From: Acanthaster planci
Lineage: Eukaryota
Assembly: GCF_001949145.1 (NCBI RefSeq)
Contig: NW_019091361.1
Location: forward strand, 3,063,854 to 3,127,853
DNA length: 64,000 bases
Reading direction: 5' to 3'
A program made the position numbers and the translations under genes. Below the pieces are notes generated by a model. That model was not told the DNA's origin, searched no databases, and saw nothing but the letters and a program-made list of their open reading frames with translations. Every line of letters starts with the position of its first letter. Position 1 is the first letter of the stretch. Shown piece by piece: positions 1-13,900 of the stretch.

Positions 1-373
1 AACATCTTGACCAGGGTAAAGCTGGGCAAAAGTTATCCACTGATACAAAGGTATGGTTGCATTCTCTGTTTCCGCATTCACAGTGAAGTATCCAGCCATG
101 ATCTTGTGTTTACTTATCATTGCCCGGAGAGTATTGCCAGATACAAGGGTCAGGGAGCAGAGATGTTTTTTTTTTGTAGGTTTCTATTAAATTTCTCTTT
201 TCACAAATTGCTTGTATTTAAAACCAGAAGTCAGGCGAGTGAATGTTATTTTGTTTTCTGTGGTGTAAATATTTAATACCAGATCGCATTAAAAAAAATG
301 TTCAGAAAATTGGTCTGGTATCAGTGGCAAAATATTTTGTGAGTTCTAACAGTATACTTTTTCCCTTATGTAG

Positions 374-453
374 GGTATCGGTTCATCTTTGCCACAACGG
401 CCATCACCAACGGTGTGACTCTCATCGGTTCCATCAACGACGGCAAAAAATAA
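374..453 (+). CDS. VPS33B: Terminal coding exon of a VPS33B-like Sec1/Munc18 (CHEVI/HOPS-type) trafficking protein; upstream exons lie outside the window
   Basis: Acceptor ttttttcccttatgtag (ends 373), then phase-1 GG TAT CGG TTC... = (G)YRFIFATTAITNGVTLIGSINDGKK* with TAA at 451-453. This resembles my recollection of the VPS33B C-terminus (GYRFIFLTTAVTN...). Not in the ORF track. Confidence 0.75.
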
Positions 454-1354
454 ATCATGGCTTTGTGTCAAGGCCCGCTTGCAGAGCTATATACTGAGAG
501 AGTCGCGCCAGCTTCAGATTTAACCACTTCCTGCTGGGGATGCTTTATATGCGTGCCCGGGGTCTGCGAACTCGGACAAAAGGAACAGGGCCTTGTAACA
601 AAAGACCGTACTCGGAACAAAAGCCCAGGCTGCTGGGAATTACCAACATTTTTTTCACTCTCAATATTGGAGATAATTCAGCCTTGTTTTGAAACAGTAT
701 ACCACGGTTAGGGGCATTGAGAGCGAGCAGATTACCACTGGGGACAAAAGCGCTCCACCACCACAGCGATGAGCCACACAACACCGCTGCATGCTAATCT
801 GGCCCCTATTAAAAAGAGGTCAGCAGGGTACTGAGCCAGGTTCGTGAGCAAAAGAAAGTTATATAACACCGCACAATCTGGGCACTTTTTACAAGGCTGC
901 AGGCCTGGCTGAAATACTCGGGTGTCGATAGATTTTGTCTGTCAGGCTAGAGTGGACACCAGACAGTCCTTCACGTGTTTGTAAGTGTCCAGTAAATGAA
1001 GATGGGAATTTTTAAAGAATTTTGAAAACAGAAAAAAATGATAAATATCCCGCCCCAGCATCATCAACATTGATAACTGCCTGGCAGGGAGTGGTTAAGA
1101 CACAAAATTATGTGTAGAGTGTGGGGCTATTCCATACCAACTGTCCATGTACACCAGCGCACACACCTGCCAGTTTCCTTTCCAACAATGGCAATTCTTA
1201 TGTCGCAACTCTCTCTACGTACAGCTCTGCCCACTTGGTGTGAACACCTCCCTCTGTTGCCAGCTTCCAGTTAGTGTGCCAATGAGGGAACAGCACTGAA
1301 ATTTTGCGTGAAAACTATAGCAGCTTGGTGACCTATAATCTGGTTGGGGGGTTT

Positions 1355-1511
1355 TGTTGAGCCCATCACAAGTTATCCATTCTGTGAGCAAAGTCACAAG
1401 CTATTCAGATGCACTGTGGAAAAAGCATTCTTTTGTCTGTCATTGTTCATCCTACGACTTGTGAAAGGGTTTTTGAAAGGATTTGTCACTGTACTTGCGA
1501 TGGACTCAACT
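1355..1511. mobile_element. MITE-like element, family A, copy 1
   Basis: Ends gttgagcccatcacaag / cttgcgatggactcaac are inverted repeats; the interior is homologous, in opposite orientation, to 13545-13690 and 21238-21447. Confidence 0.65.
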
Positions 1512-2880
1512 ACAGCCCTAGCTAGGTTGATGTGAATGTAATTGAAATGCTTGCGCCCTAATAGTGGAGTATCTTCTTCTGTCATACCCTAGTAGTAAAG
1601 TTCAATCAGGCTTAGGCCTGTTTCATTTCAGTACGCACTTCAGCTTGTGCTTCCATTTTGTCTTTAAAATATTTATTCTTTCGAGGAATCATGATTTAGA
1701 AATTCAGCAGCAGCTGACGCGGCATTGTATGTATGTAGTTAGGGGAACTCTCAGCATTTAGTCCTTGGATTCACTGGAAGTTTTATGCAAGGTTATTATG
1801 CAACTAGCAAGCGTTCTACTGATCAGAGTTCGTCAAACTGTGGTGAAACACATTCCCTGATTGGACTGAGACTTGCCCATTGCTTTGTCAGTATTGCAGT
1901 ATTTGGAATGCCTATCTTGTTATCCAGATCACATATTTAAACGTCACTCACTTCAGTCTTTTTGCCTTTTTTTGATTCAAGTGAAATGAAAATTGATAGA
2001 GCAATCAAAATGTGCAATATCAGTAATGGCAAAAGTAAAGAGAGTGGTACCATTAAGGTAAACCATAAACTTGTTAACAGTCCTATATTCTATAAATGTT
2101 TAAGTCACTATATTTTATATATAATGAAATTTGGATTAGTTAATTGTCTCTTTTAATCAGTTTATTCATTTCCATCAGAAATTCAAAATTATTTCAGTTT
2201 AGTCTAATTATTAAATGCAGCAATGTATTAACATCAACATGAAGAACAATTTAAAAATGATTTCGTACAAAATTTAAAATATTGACAGAATGAAAGCACA
2301 CATAGTGAAAAGATGTCCACACTTTGTATTATCTACTATTCAGCCTAGTTGGTGACACATTTCGTCATCATTTTCACAAAGAGACAAATATGACCCAAAA
2401 TCATCATTTTTTCAAATTTCTGTGTTTTGGCCAAATCACGCTACCTGATGGCGACAACTTGGTGCAATCATTTTGACGACTAAATCTACCAAAATCAGCC
2501 AATTCATGATGATCTCCACAGGGCAAAATTGAACTACATGTAAATTGTAAATTTTTCATAAAGAGGCAAATGTGCCCTCCATAGAAAAACGTTACGCAGT
2601 GATGGGCGAAACTCGCCCCACCTGAGTTTTGTAACACTGCCGACTCTGGAACTACAACAAATGTAATAATCTGGCACCTACCGCACAATCACAGGCAACG
2701 GTTACAGCATGCACATTGCTGACACCCTATCCCTGGTTTTTGAGATTTCATGGAGGGAACAAATTTTTTTGCTGAATCCTTAATTACAGTCAAATTAAGC
2801 ATTGAACAGTATGATTTCATGTATTTTTGGCAGTTTAAGATATGTGCATTTGCTGAGTATTTTAATAATTATAATGTAAT

Positions 2881-3247
2881 AATAAGCCACTTGTGAGTTA
2901 AATGTAGATAAAATCTGGTACACTGTGTTATCTGATTGCATAGAAATGTAACAATTTGAATTCCCCAGACTAAAGATTATGTTGCTATACCTCGTGACTC
3001 GGGGCAAGCTTTTGCATAGCAACCACCATCCCTGGAATGGACTGGTTCCTTTGTGCCCTTCTGATCCATTGAAAACAGTGTATTATTGTAAGGCGTCTCT
3101 TATGTAACTAAGCAAAAGCTTGCCCCGAATCACAAGGTATAGCAACAGTGGTTTAAGTATGGATAGTTCAAGTTGTTATGTTCACATGAATTTAAAGAAC
3201 TCAGTGTACCACATTTTATTCAAATTTAACTCACAAATGGCATATTG
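2881..3247. repeat. Long imperfect inverted repeat (fold-back element), arms about 140 bp, spacer about 80 bp
   Basis: 2882-3022 (...tgtgagttaaat...ggtacactg...gttgctatacc...cggggcaagcttttgc) is the reverse complement of about 3106-3247. Confidence 0.8.
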
Positions 3248-3405
3248 GCCAATAATGTAATACCAGTCAATAATGTAATAATGTAATGCCTCAGTGTTAT
3301 TGCATTATCAACCAGTGGGTTATTACATTACTTAGTCAGCCGATTTTATTTCATTATGGGTCACTTGGGTTATTACATTATCTGCTGATTATTACATTAT
3401 CGGCC
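3247..3405. mobile_element. MITE-like element with ATAATGTAATA subterminal repeats
   Basis: ggccaataatgtaata ... tattacattatcggcc inverted ends, with several internal taatgtaa/ttacatta copies. Confidence 0.65.
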
Positions 3406-4621
3406 ATAACAGGTATACTTAATTTGAAATTAATCTGTACAAATTGCCTGTTTTAAAAAGTAACCAGTTTTAAATGTTTTTTCCAATGTTCAGTTTTACG
3501 ATGCCTAGATAGATCTATCTTTTTTGTGAAAATGATGGCAATGTGCCCAACACATCTCTAATATTACTCCACACTTAATAGTCCAAGTTTTAAACTTATT
3601 TGTCGTAACGTTTTGGGTTTTTTGTTGGGAAAACTGTACGGGATATATTGAAATAAACTCTTTATATGAAAAAGTTGGAAACAGTTTGAAAGACCGTGAG
3701 TTTTCTTTTTCTAGTGACTCTGCTCTTTTTAGCCATTAAAAAATACCTTCAACTTCGAAGGACAATGAAAACGTTGCCCACAGGAAGCCCCATGGGTTTG
3801 GCCAATTTTTCAGCCAAATATTGTTCTCATCAAATGCCTCAGCGTATGCTCACATTGATATGGAAATACTCGTAGGATAAATACCAAAAAGGCAGCAAAA
3901 TACTCAGTCAATATTGACACAAGATTGAAAATATGATTAGCTGAGGTGCAAAGGTGAATTTTGGAGTTAGAAAAAAAGCACTACGGAAATCTTTGAAACA
4001 AGATCAAAATGTCACTGGCTGGCAGGCATCCTTTTTGATGAAAGAACATGGACTATTTGGTAATCTTTGATGCCAAAGTAAGTCATCATATGGCTGGCAA
4101 CATTTTCTGAAGCGAACACCTCTGGTAACTAACATCATTATTGACGGTTCACTACTATGTCCAAAATGTGAGCATCACACATGCCAGCAAGTGTACAAAA
4201 AAAGACGGATGCGACGACAAACATCACATCATGTGTCATGACCATGCTGCGTTAGCATAGTGCACACAGATTTCCACCAACTCAGAAGTCAACTCACAAC
4301 GGCAATGAGCTATGAAAAAAGTTCAGCTTAAATAACACCTCTTGTTCAGCAAAAATATTTTACAGTCCGAGTGACAAATACAAAGATAGAAAAATATGTG
4401 GTTAAAAACTCTACATAATCACCAGAGCGAAACAGCCTTCAGTGTTTTGTGCTAGATTTGAGTATAAAAATATCTGGAAACCAACATTACAGTTAAAAAG
4501 AGGCCAATCTATCAACCTGCTAGGCCCAAAGCTTAAATCAACAGAGATATGCATGTTGAGCAAAAGTGGTTACCTGTGAAATATGTTGCACTGTGCAGAG
4601 CACCTATGACTGGCTCACAGC

Positions 4622-4627
4622 TTTATT
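4622..4627 (-). promoter_or_regulatory. Candidate poly(A) signal (AATAAA) for ECT2L
   Basis: tttatt on + at 4622-4627, about 210 nt downstream of the stop codon. Confidence 0.4.
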
Positions 4628-4838
4628 TCCCCAAAGCTAATTTCTGTACATAGAACATGGCTCCTTAACAAGTTGAAGACCTGTTACTTTCAATATATAT
4701 ATATCTTCAATCTACACTGAGATAGCATGTGTACCTTCAGTTTTCTGTGCAGACAAATTCAACCTGTGTGTTGGGAAAAGTCGGGAACGCAATGTCAAAA
4801 TAGAGAACATGCTTTCCCCAGTATGCCACTTGCATTGT

Positions 4839-4969
4839 TCATGTTTCATCTAAGGAGGCCCGGACTGCTGTCTCGATAGCAGACACTAAGGTTATCTTGT
4901 CGTTCTCATCTTCAGCTGAACAGACCCAGCGACGCTTGGGTGTTTGGAGAACAAACACATGCTGAATAT
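4839..4969 (-). CDS. ECT2L: ECT2L terminal coding exon 21 ([24 protein letters not shown]...SLDET*)
   Basis: ttttttacag/AT ...; TGA at 4841-4839; final PH strands and helix. Confidence 0.92.
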
Positions 4970-7900
4970 CTGTAAAAAAAAGACACAGGAGGTCTGCATG
5001 TGTTTGCAGCTTGCTTTAGCTCAACCAAGAACTCGAGCTTATCAACAGTCCATGGTATACTAAATGCAACCCCACCCAGTCCAACCAAACCCAACCCAAC
5101 CAAGCCCAATTAACCCCACCCACTCCAACCCAGTCCACCAAAACCCAACCCAATCTAATCCTACCCAACCCAGCCCAATTCAACCTCATCCTTTCCAGCC
5201 AAGCCCAATTAACCCAGTCCACCCAAGCTCAACCTAATCGAGCCCAATTAACCCATCCCAACCAAACCCAGACTAGCCCAATCCAATGAACCCAGACTCA
5301 CCCAGTGAAGCCCCACAGGGCCCAACCCATCCAAAAACGAAACCCAAGCCAGCTTAATACCCCAACCCATCCAAAGTCTATTCGTGAGTGGAATCACCTC
5401 AACCAAGACCTACGCATCGCCCCCGACGTCAAGACTTTTAAAGCCAAGTTAGAAACCATTAATATCAAGACACTGGCTTCAAAGGCCAACTCACAACATT
5501 TAGTCACGACTTTGCACATGACCCCCCCAACGTATGCGACAACCAGCAATGGTGTTTGTACGTGAATGGACAGATACAGGAAAACGAAGCCCAAGCCAGC
5601 TTAATACCCCAACCCAGCCAAGAAAAACTATTAACCCAAACTATGTGCAAGTGCAATTCCGAACTGTAGCTAAGTAATACAAAGTAGACCAACTACTTGA
5701 AATTCTTTCTACTCACATTTGGAGTCCGGCAACTCCTGCACCAGTAACCGTGGCAATGCTACCGACGAGTGGAAGTGGTACAGTGCCTCAGTCTGTCGTG
5801 TGTATGGCAAGGTTTTAATAGTTCGTATGGTCACCATCAGTGCATCGTTGAAGAGAAAGAGCCCCAGGTCCGATATGTGCTCATACAGGCTACAACAAGA
5901 AAACAAACAACATCAAGCATGTCCTCTTTTTAGATTACATTCTATTATGTGGTTCATTTCTTGTGAAAAACTTATCAACTTCAGACTTCAATGTTCTATG
6001 GTTATAGATATATAAGGCAAGAACAACTAGAACTGCAGTGGAACCACGCTCCCATGCAGGTGAGGTACAGGTGTTGGATATCTCTTCAATCAACAGGGAG
6101 TTTCAATTTCTAAACTGTATGAGTGTCTCCTCAAGTCTAAACGCGAGTGTGCGTGTGGTACCATGGCAGCTAGTGTAATGGCTTCTCATCAGATTAGTCC
6201 ACGTGCAACTGTTGGGTACCAGATCACAGTGCACAGTGGTCGTCATGAGAACAACGACTGTCCCATCCAAAGTCCGCAGGCCCTGATAACATGAAAGGAT
6301 ATACTGTCGGTCTGACATCACACACAAGCTTCACCTTTGTGATTTGAAATTGAAGCTGTTTGGCTGGGTGAAGATTGTCGAGTGCTTGACTCAGACCTCA
6401 AACATACCTACCAACACTGCAAGTCAGAAATCTGAACACCCATTACAGGAGCCCAAAAGAAAACAAGCCATTTTAAGCTATTTACATGTGTGACATGCAT
6501 GTAGGTGTAAAGACACCATTACTGACATTGTAAATAGAACCTTTTTTTCTAANNNNNNNNNNNNNNNNNNNNNNNNNNNNNNNNNNNNNNNNNNNNNNNN
6601 NNNNNNNNNNNNNNNNNNNNNNNNNNNNNNNNNNNNNNNNNNNNNNNNNNNNNNNNNNNNNNNNNNNNNNNNNNNNNNNNNNNNNNNNNNNNNNNNNNNN
6701 NNNNNNNNNNNNNNNNNNNNNNNNNNNNNNNNNNNNNNNNNNNNNNNNNNNNNNNNNNNNNNNNNNNNNNNNNNNNNNNNNNNNNNNNNNNNNNNNNNNN
6801 NNNNNNNNNNNNNNNNNNNNNNNNNNNNNNNNNNNNNNNNNNNNNNNNNNNNNNNNNNNNNNNNNNNNNNNNNNNNNNNNNNNNNNNNNNNNTTAGCTCC
6901 TTCGCCGGGACCTTTTTATTTATTCTTTTTTATTGTTAAGAAACTTGGAATGTTCCAATTTTTGCTGTCTGAAAACTTAAAAATCACAACAGTTTGGATT
7001 AAATCGGAGTGGTTTGCAGGTATGTTCAAAGAATCATCCTTTGTGGATAATACTTTAAATGACCTGCACGAATCACCACTTAAGATTTACATGTAGTTTT
7101 CAAGTACAAGCTGAGGACTAAAGTGCAAGCCTTAGGTAGCAAGGTCCCGCGATCTTACCCTGTTGCCTTGCCACTTTCCTCAATCTGCTGCATGTTTGCG
7201 ACCACTTGCTCTCTGATCAGGAAGCGGTTGGCTTCCAGCAGGGCGGGGCACTTCTTGATGCGACGCTGCAACTCTTGCAACTGACGCTCTCGCTCAGACC
7301 TCTCCCGGCACTGTACACAACAAAAGTAAGCAAAAACAAAAAGGGGACATCTTTATGATCAGGCCATCCCCTATCCATCCAACATTCTTATACACCATTC
7401 CTAGCACATGCTGAATGTATGCTCACAAATGGATCCAGCTACCGTTCAGATCAGTTCGATGGTGACTTCCATTTGTCAAAAGCCTTCTGCCACTGCTGTA
7501 AATTGTGACTGTAAAGTCAACCAGTGCACTCGAGGAACCATCAAAGTTCCTTTGCAAATCCCTCCACAAGACCAGTCGTAAGTCACTGAGTGAACAACGA
7601 CAAAGGGCCACTTTTATCAAGGTTCATTTGTACAGATTGTTATTGGGCTTAAGCCTGAATGATGTGGCTAGGATATGGACTTGCAATGGTCATATTAGGG
7701 ATATGTGACGGACTCAGTTTCCAACACCGCAGTAAACACATGCTAGATCAATCTAGGAAGGAAAATTTTTGTCCAAGTTGTCTGATGTGAACTCCAATCT
7801 GATGTCTTTGTTATTAACAGGTCCTATTCGTATGTATCAACTGGTCATCCCTTACATCAAACTACAGACATCAACGTGAGTATGAAGCAGGTGCTAAGCT

Positions 7901-10900
7901 AGGTTCAGATCTTGCAGGAATCATTTGCACAGCCATTTGATTCAAGTAAACACCAGCTCAAGGTTCCACTTATAAAATCCCTGTTCTTGTCCCAAATGAA
8001 TTGCTGCATTTACAAACAAAGTTGACATAATTAGCAGCGAGAACCTCGTCCACAAATGCCTGCAGCTGCCTGAACATTCCTACGGCCACGCCCAGGTCCG
8101 TGTTGTCGGGATGCTCGTCGGCGGTCACGCCCTGCTGGGCGAGGAGCATCTGGATGTACTCGCACACCCGCCTGGCAGGACGGAGGAACAGGTCTGTCAG
8201 CGACATCATGCCAGTCTGCGGGGAGCAGTCGGTGCGCTTCAGGAAGGCGCGGAAGGCTGGGTACTGCTGACGACACTAGAGGGAGAAAACAAATAAAACG
8301 AGTGGATTGATGGCCAGCTCAAAGGTCTCTGTGCACATACTGCTCAATCACCGAGACGTGGAACCAGAAAATGGTTAGCTTTTATCCTTGGTCAATTTTT
8401 GACTATGACGCTTCGTTTGCTAATTTGTTACTCCTGGATCACTTGTCAATGGTCAATGTTTACCTTTTCTGTCATCTTAAAATAACCACTTGATGGAAGA
8501 GTATACTTCAGGTTTGATCAATAGTATACTCTCACCTACTCATGGATCATACTTCTGTTATTCTTGCCTTCAGGAATATACTTATATAAACAAAAGTGAC
8601 ACGCTCAAACATAGTCTAAGTTAGCTCTACCAGTAGTTTATATTCACGGGTAACAGGCACTGCCGAGAGAGAACTGAAGTGAATACGTCACGCACACAAT
8701 TATGTATGTAAGAGGCATTAGCACGAGAAACCTTGCATGAACCAATACGTACAAATACTCCATTCGTTTGTACTGCACTTCCTGGTTCAAAATGACGTCA
8801 CACATCAGTACTCTAAAGAATCTACAGGGCTTTGAGAACTTGGCTAACCAGAAGAGGTGCCATAGAACAGGAACCACAAGAGGTGCCATAGAACAGGAAC
8901 CACAAGAGGTGCCATAGAACAGGAACCACAAGAGGTGCCATAGAACAGGAACCACAAGAGGTGCCACAGAACAGGAACCACAAGAGGTGCCACAGAACAG
9001 GAACCACTGTGGATGCTAGCTGTGCAGCGACTGCCTCTCATCCTCATTCCTAACAAGTCTCATACACAGTGCCACTCTAGCAGAACAACTGTGAATTTCA
9101 CTGTTAGGAAGTCACTTGAGCGTCACTCTCTATTCTGCGGGTGCCTGCATTTCTTCAGTGCATGCGTAATAGAATTCAGCACCGCCAAACCATGCTCTGA
9201 CCAATCAGACCAATGAGTTCAAACTGTGTCCACGAAAGTCTGATATGAGTGCACATGCCGGCATGATACATGCAACTGGATTATGCATGTTTTGCTTGAT
9301 ATGCACAGGGGCAGGCCTTAATACTGGATTACGTGCAGCAGAGAAACATGCGACGGATTTCAGATTACATTGGCTGTTTTTTACGGGTCGGTTCTTGTAC
9401 TCGCTGTTTGTGGATTTCACACGTAGAAGACACAACATTGACGCGATACTTCTACTGAAGTTTCTAGGCAAGTTCAATCTGTTTGGCCATGCGGAGCCAC
9501 TCACCTTATCCAACGTGGATAGCACTATCTGATAATTCTTGTGGAAGTTGGTGTATGTCTTCAGCTTGGCCTGAAGCTTGATGAAACAGTCCCCAATGCA
9601 CTGCTCCGGAGACCACTGCTCCAGATGGTCACTCATGTCTTCCACTAACTCCCTGCACCCAACAAGTTCCACCAATCAGTTCTTTGATAAATTCAAGAAC
9701 CCAGTAGCACTGAACTACAGACTTTGGCACGAAGATGACATCTAAACTGCTTTTGTACCAAAAGCAGCAGAACTCTTCTCAGGGGCAATGTGTCAGGTGT
9801 GCGACTGGTTCACAGATGTCGGGGATAGGATGCATAACCGTGTAATGGGAAATTCCAGAAATTAGGGGTCCACTTTTTTTTTGTCCCTGTGACATCTGAC
9901 ATATGATTTTGTAAGTTCAGAACATATTTTTTAATTTCCAAGAGTAATGGATTAATGCAAATTACCTGCCAAACAAATAGTAATAGTTTGAAATCTATTC
10001 TGGTGATATTTCCATGTCAAATAATAAACAAAGGTCGGATGTAACAGAGACACAAAATGTCACACTTTTGGACCCGTGCATGAGCACCATGTACAGTTAT
10101 AGAGTGTGTGTACACTGTGCTAACAGACTTCATTCACGAGTGTGCGGTTAACTCTCCATTTTTGGAACTTGAACGATAATGAAGTCCTAAACCAATAATT
10201 TAGGAGGTCCCAGTTATTGGTGATTAATGATCCCTCTTTAAAGAACATATAAACACAGCAATGTCCATTCCGGGAATGTTTTTTTAACCTAATTTCTCTT
10301 TCTTACACAGTTTTTGTTCACTATGATAAAAACACACCGGCAAAATCTTGGTGAAAAGACTTTTAACAGTTGGTATTGGGGACGACAACGAACAAAAGCA
10401 CTACAGTGATTGGAACGGAGAAAAAGACCTCTGATCTACGACACAAAATCTTGGTTTATCAGCACATCTATCTCATGTTCACCGTGTAATGGACAGGATC
10501 AAGTTGACATCAGTGAAGATCATCTGGACGTTGGCTTGGCTGATGATGGCCTTGTTGGATTTGATTGCCGCCAGGAGAGGCTTACGGTAGACATCCTCGA
10601 TGATGTTGAGATGTTTGAGGTAGGCCAGCTCCGACGACAAGATCTGGACGGCAGTGCTGTGCCTGGGGTCTCCCGTTTGCAACTACAGGTTCGATTGACA
10701 GCAATTAATAAACCGTTACTAAAAATCTTGCAAGGTTGAATGACCTCTGGTTGAATTGCAATGTTGGAGGTGTTGATGACATCTCCATGTCCTGCCTCCC
10801 TAATGCAAGAACATGGCATAGTTCTTAGGGTTTGTGACTTGTGATCAGACAGTGAGGGGTTTGAATCCAGCTTCGAGAGCCGTAATTGTTGTGAACTTTG

Positions 10901-13900
10901 GCAAGCCAGCTTCTCAGCCACCAGAGGTACGAACAGATATCAGCTGGGAAGAAATCAGTTTAAACAGGCTGACATCTCATGCAGAGGGAATGGTCATTAT
11001 TAATCATATAATAATAATACTAATACTTTATTTTTGACATAGCATTTTACACAAAAAGTCTCAAAACGCTTCACAATATATATTAAACAATAATACTAAT
11101 TATTCACGATTAATTAGTAAAGGTATAGGTACGATATATAAAATTGTTACATTTAAAATCAAGTTAGATGATGTCAATACTCCACACACACGCGATACAG
11201 TCAATAAAACCAAGTAAACTCAAAGTTAACATCTTTAACCCTGGGGAGCAGCCACGCCCAAAAACAAAGACTGTTGTCACCACGTGGAGATTCTCATCAC
11301 CGGTCAGTTCCTGGTCATGCCTGAACTTGTACGACTGTTATATGGTAGCTAATACATTCCCCAGGTCCCTTCTAACTACATTTCATTATTCTGCTGTGGA
11401 AGTACAAGCAATACCAGCTCACAACCCAAACTGCCTCCAGTCAGCACACGACCATAAACAAAGAGATCCATTGCCTGATAGAGATCATATGGCCTCCTTG
11501 GGGTGACTGATCTTTCAAGACTTTAAACTCGGCAGTGGTTGGGGTCTGGCCAATGGGAGTGTAAAGGCTTGTGGTGTATGCCTGGGGTGAGGATTGCAAA
11601 AAATCTTGGCCAAGTTGGCCCATTGCAAAAAAAGTTATGACCATATTTGGAGGTATCTGTCGATCTCTATCAATGCACCATTGACACTAGAGTTAAAGAG
11701 GAAAGTCTTCAATCGGGATTTAAAAGTCCCAAAATTGTCTATATTTCTATGAAAAACTGCTAACCTGTTCCACAGCAGAGGGGCGTAAACAATAAAAGCA
11801 TGATCTCCATTTGTCCTTTTAGGCTTTGGGTAGATAACTGGACAGTTAAGTTTGTCATTAGCCATTATTTTATATTAATTTAGAGATATTTATGTATAGA
11901 CAAGGGCTTGATAAGCCATATGTGCTTCAGATCTGACATCAGACTTAATAATTCACTTGTTTTTCCTATTTGTGTTGGCTCCGTACCATTCATTGCCATA
12001 AATGAAGCTATTGATATGGCATTGCCATATCAACAGAGGAGAATTATCTGATTAACCAGACCTGTCCAAAACTGATTACACAAGGTGTGAGGAAAGTTAG
12101 TCTAACAATGTTATTACACCAAATTCTGTGATGCCATTTTAAACTCACTGAATGTTAGAATGGTTTTGTTTCAAACAAAATTGGCAAAGTGGATTGGGTG
12201 TTATTCCAGAATGAAATTATCTCTTGGCTATAGGCTAATCTGAGTTTGAACAAAGTACTCAAAGTATTCAGACATTTCGGTGAGCAATTTACTACAGTAA
12301 AAATGATATCAAACCATTTTTTCACCTGTGTTACTTTGAAGGTGGATGCTTGCTGGGGACCGGTCGTGACTGGTACTTCTGCCGGTCTGAGCTCTGAAAC
12401 AGAGGAGTAGAGAGCCTTGTGGTTGATATTCTCAACCTCGCTGTCAAAGTCTGAGATCTCCTCCCCAATCTCCTCCGAGATTTCGCTGTCACCGTCAACA
12501 TCTAAACTTGACATCTTTTTGAGCTGTTTTGAGAAAAGATAAAAACAATTTAAGAAAACATCTGCATCCTTGATCATATCCTCTTTTTGGGTTGAGACAG
12601 CCAACGCTATCATCAAGAACTATTGCCTTACTTTGCCTTCGCTCCGGAGATGTTCCTGACTTCATACATGTTCAGAAGTATCAGTATGTGGAAGGGCATC
12701 ATTAGGGACTGCAAATCATACTGGTTGATCTTAAAGTGTGCTTCCACATTGGGGAGCCAGGTGGTGCAACGGTACTTCCCTCCTCTCACACCTCTGTGAC
12801 CTGGGGTTCGAATCCCCACTTGGTTGGCAAAAGGATTGGGTTTTCAATCCCTACCTGATTCCAACAGGTTTCTGTAGAATATTCATCTGAGGTTTTCCTC
12901 CAAGCTCTAAAGGTTCCTTTCAGGCTTTGGAGCTAAAGCGCCATGAAGGCTTTGGAGCTAAAGTGCCATGAAGACTTTCAATAAGGAATAATCTTTGGCA
13001 TTATAACTAGAAATAAACAACTTATAAAAGTTGCTTTGCAGCTGTCTGAGTGCCCCAATTCTCCTGCAGACGTACATGTGAAATACAGTGCTCATTGTGG
13101 AAATATCAAGCATATGGCATTTTTAACGCTTGCTGGCAAAAGGGCATAAACTTGTATTAAAAGTTTCAAGAAGAAGTCAAACAAACCATACTATAACTTA
13201 TTTTCAATCCCCAAAACCAAGGTCTTGTCTCTTATATGTTGGAAATCGTGCAGCATTAAGTTGGATCTTACTGGTTTGGTGGATACTGCTGCCAATCCCT
13301 TGGCTGGGCTCTGTTTAGCAGCCGTCATTTTCTGGTCTTGTCCACTTGCCTGGATCAGTTGCTTGCCTACAAATGTCAAGGGATCCACCTGCAATAAAAC
13401 CAAAGACAGAAAGCATGTAACAAGTGAAACCCCTGCGAGAGTTTGGAGGAACTATTCACCAACCCTGCTTCTGACAGTGTCTGAGCTCTGTGGGTGTAAG
13501 ACAGGCAGTTTGCTTGAGGTGGGCGTGGGGACAGGGAGTAATAGTGTTGTAGGTGAGTCCCTTCACAAGTCCAGTCACACACCCTTTCAGAAGAACAGTC
13601 ATAAACAGGGCGAACAATGACGAAGGAATGCTTTTGTGACAGTTCATTTGGCTTAAGATTGAATGACATATGATGGACCTCCAGGGAATAATAATGGACT
13701 TGATCACAACACTGGTAGCAGATGGTTTGATATTCCGTCTAACACTACAGACAGGAAATGTAACTTGTTTGAGAAGGGGTGCTACAGACTCCTATTCTAT
13801 AAACTAAAGCAATCTCAATTGCAACAGTGGTTATCCATGTTCCAGCAAAGTAGGACAATCAATTATGTCTTAATGGCCAGGCATAAGAAAAGGAACGATA

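Noticed and set aside
4912..5222. Gly/Trp/Leu-rich ORFs on minus
   Set aside because: They are translations of the (TTGGG)n microsatellite; the real exon 21 uses another frame.
6553..6892. Missing ECT2L exon hidden in the assembly gap
   Set aside because: Exons 19 and 20 join in phase and give continuous PH-domain sequence, so no exon is required, although a small symmetric one cannot be excluded.
8853..9007. CRISPR-like array, and the repetitive ORFs at 8644-9056
   Set aside because: Units are head-to-tail with no unique spacers, the context is a eukaryotic intron, and the ORFs just translate the minisatellite.
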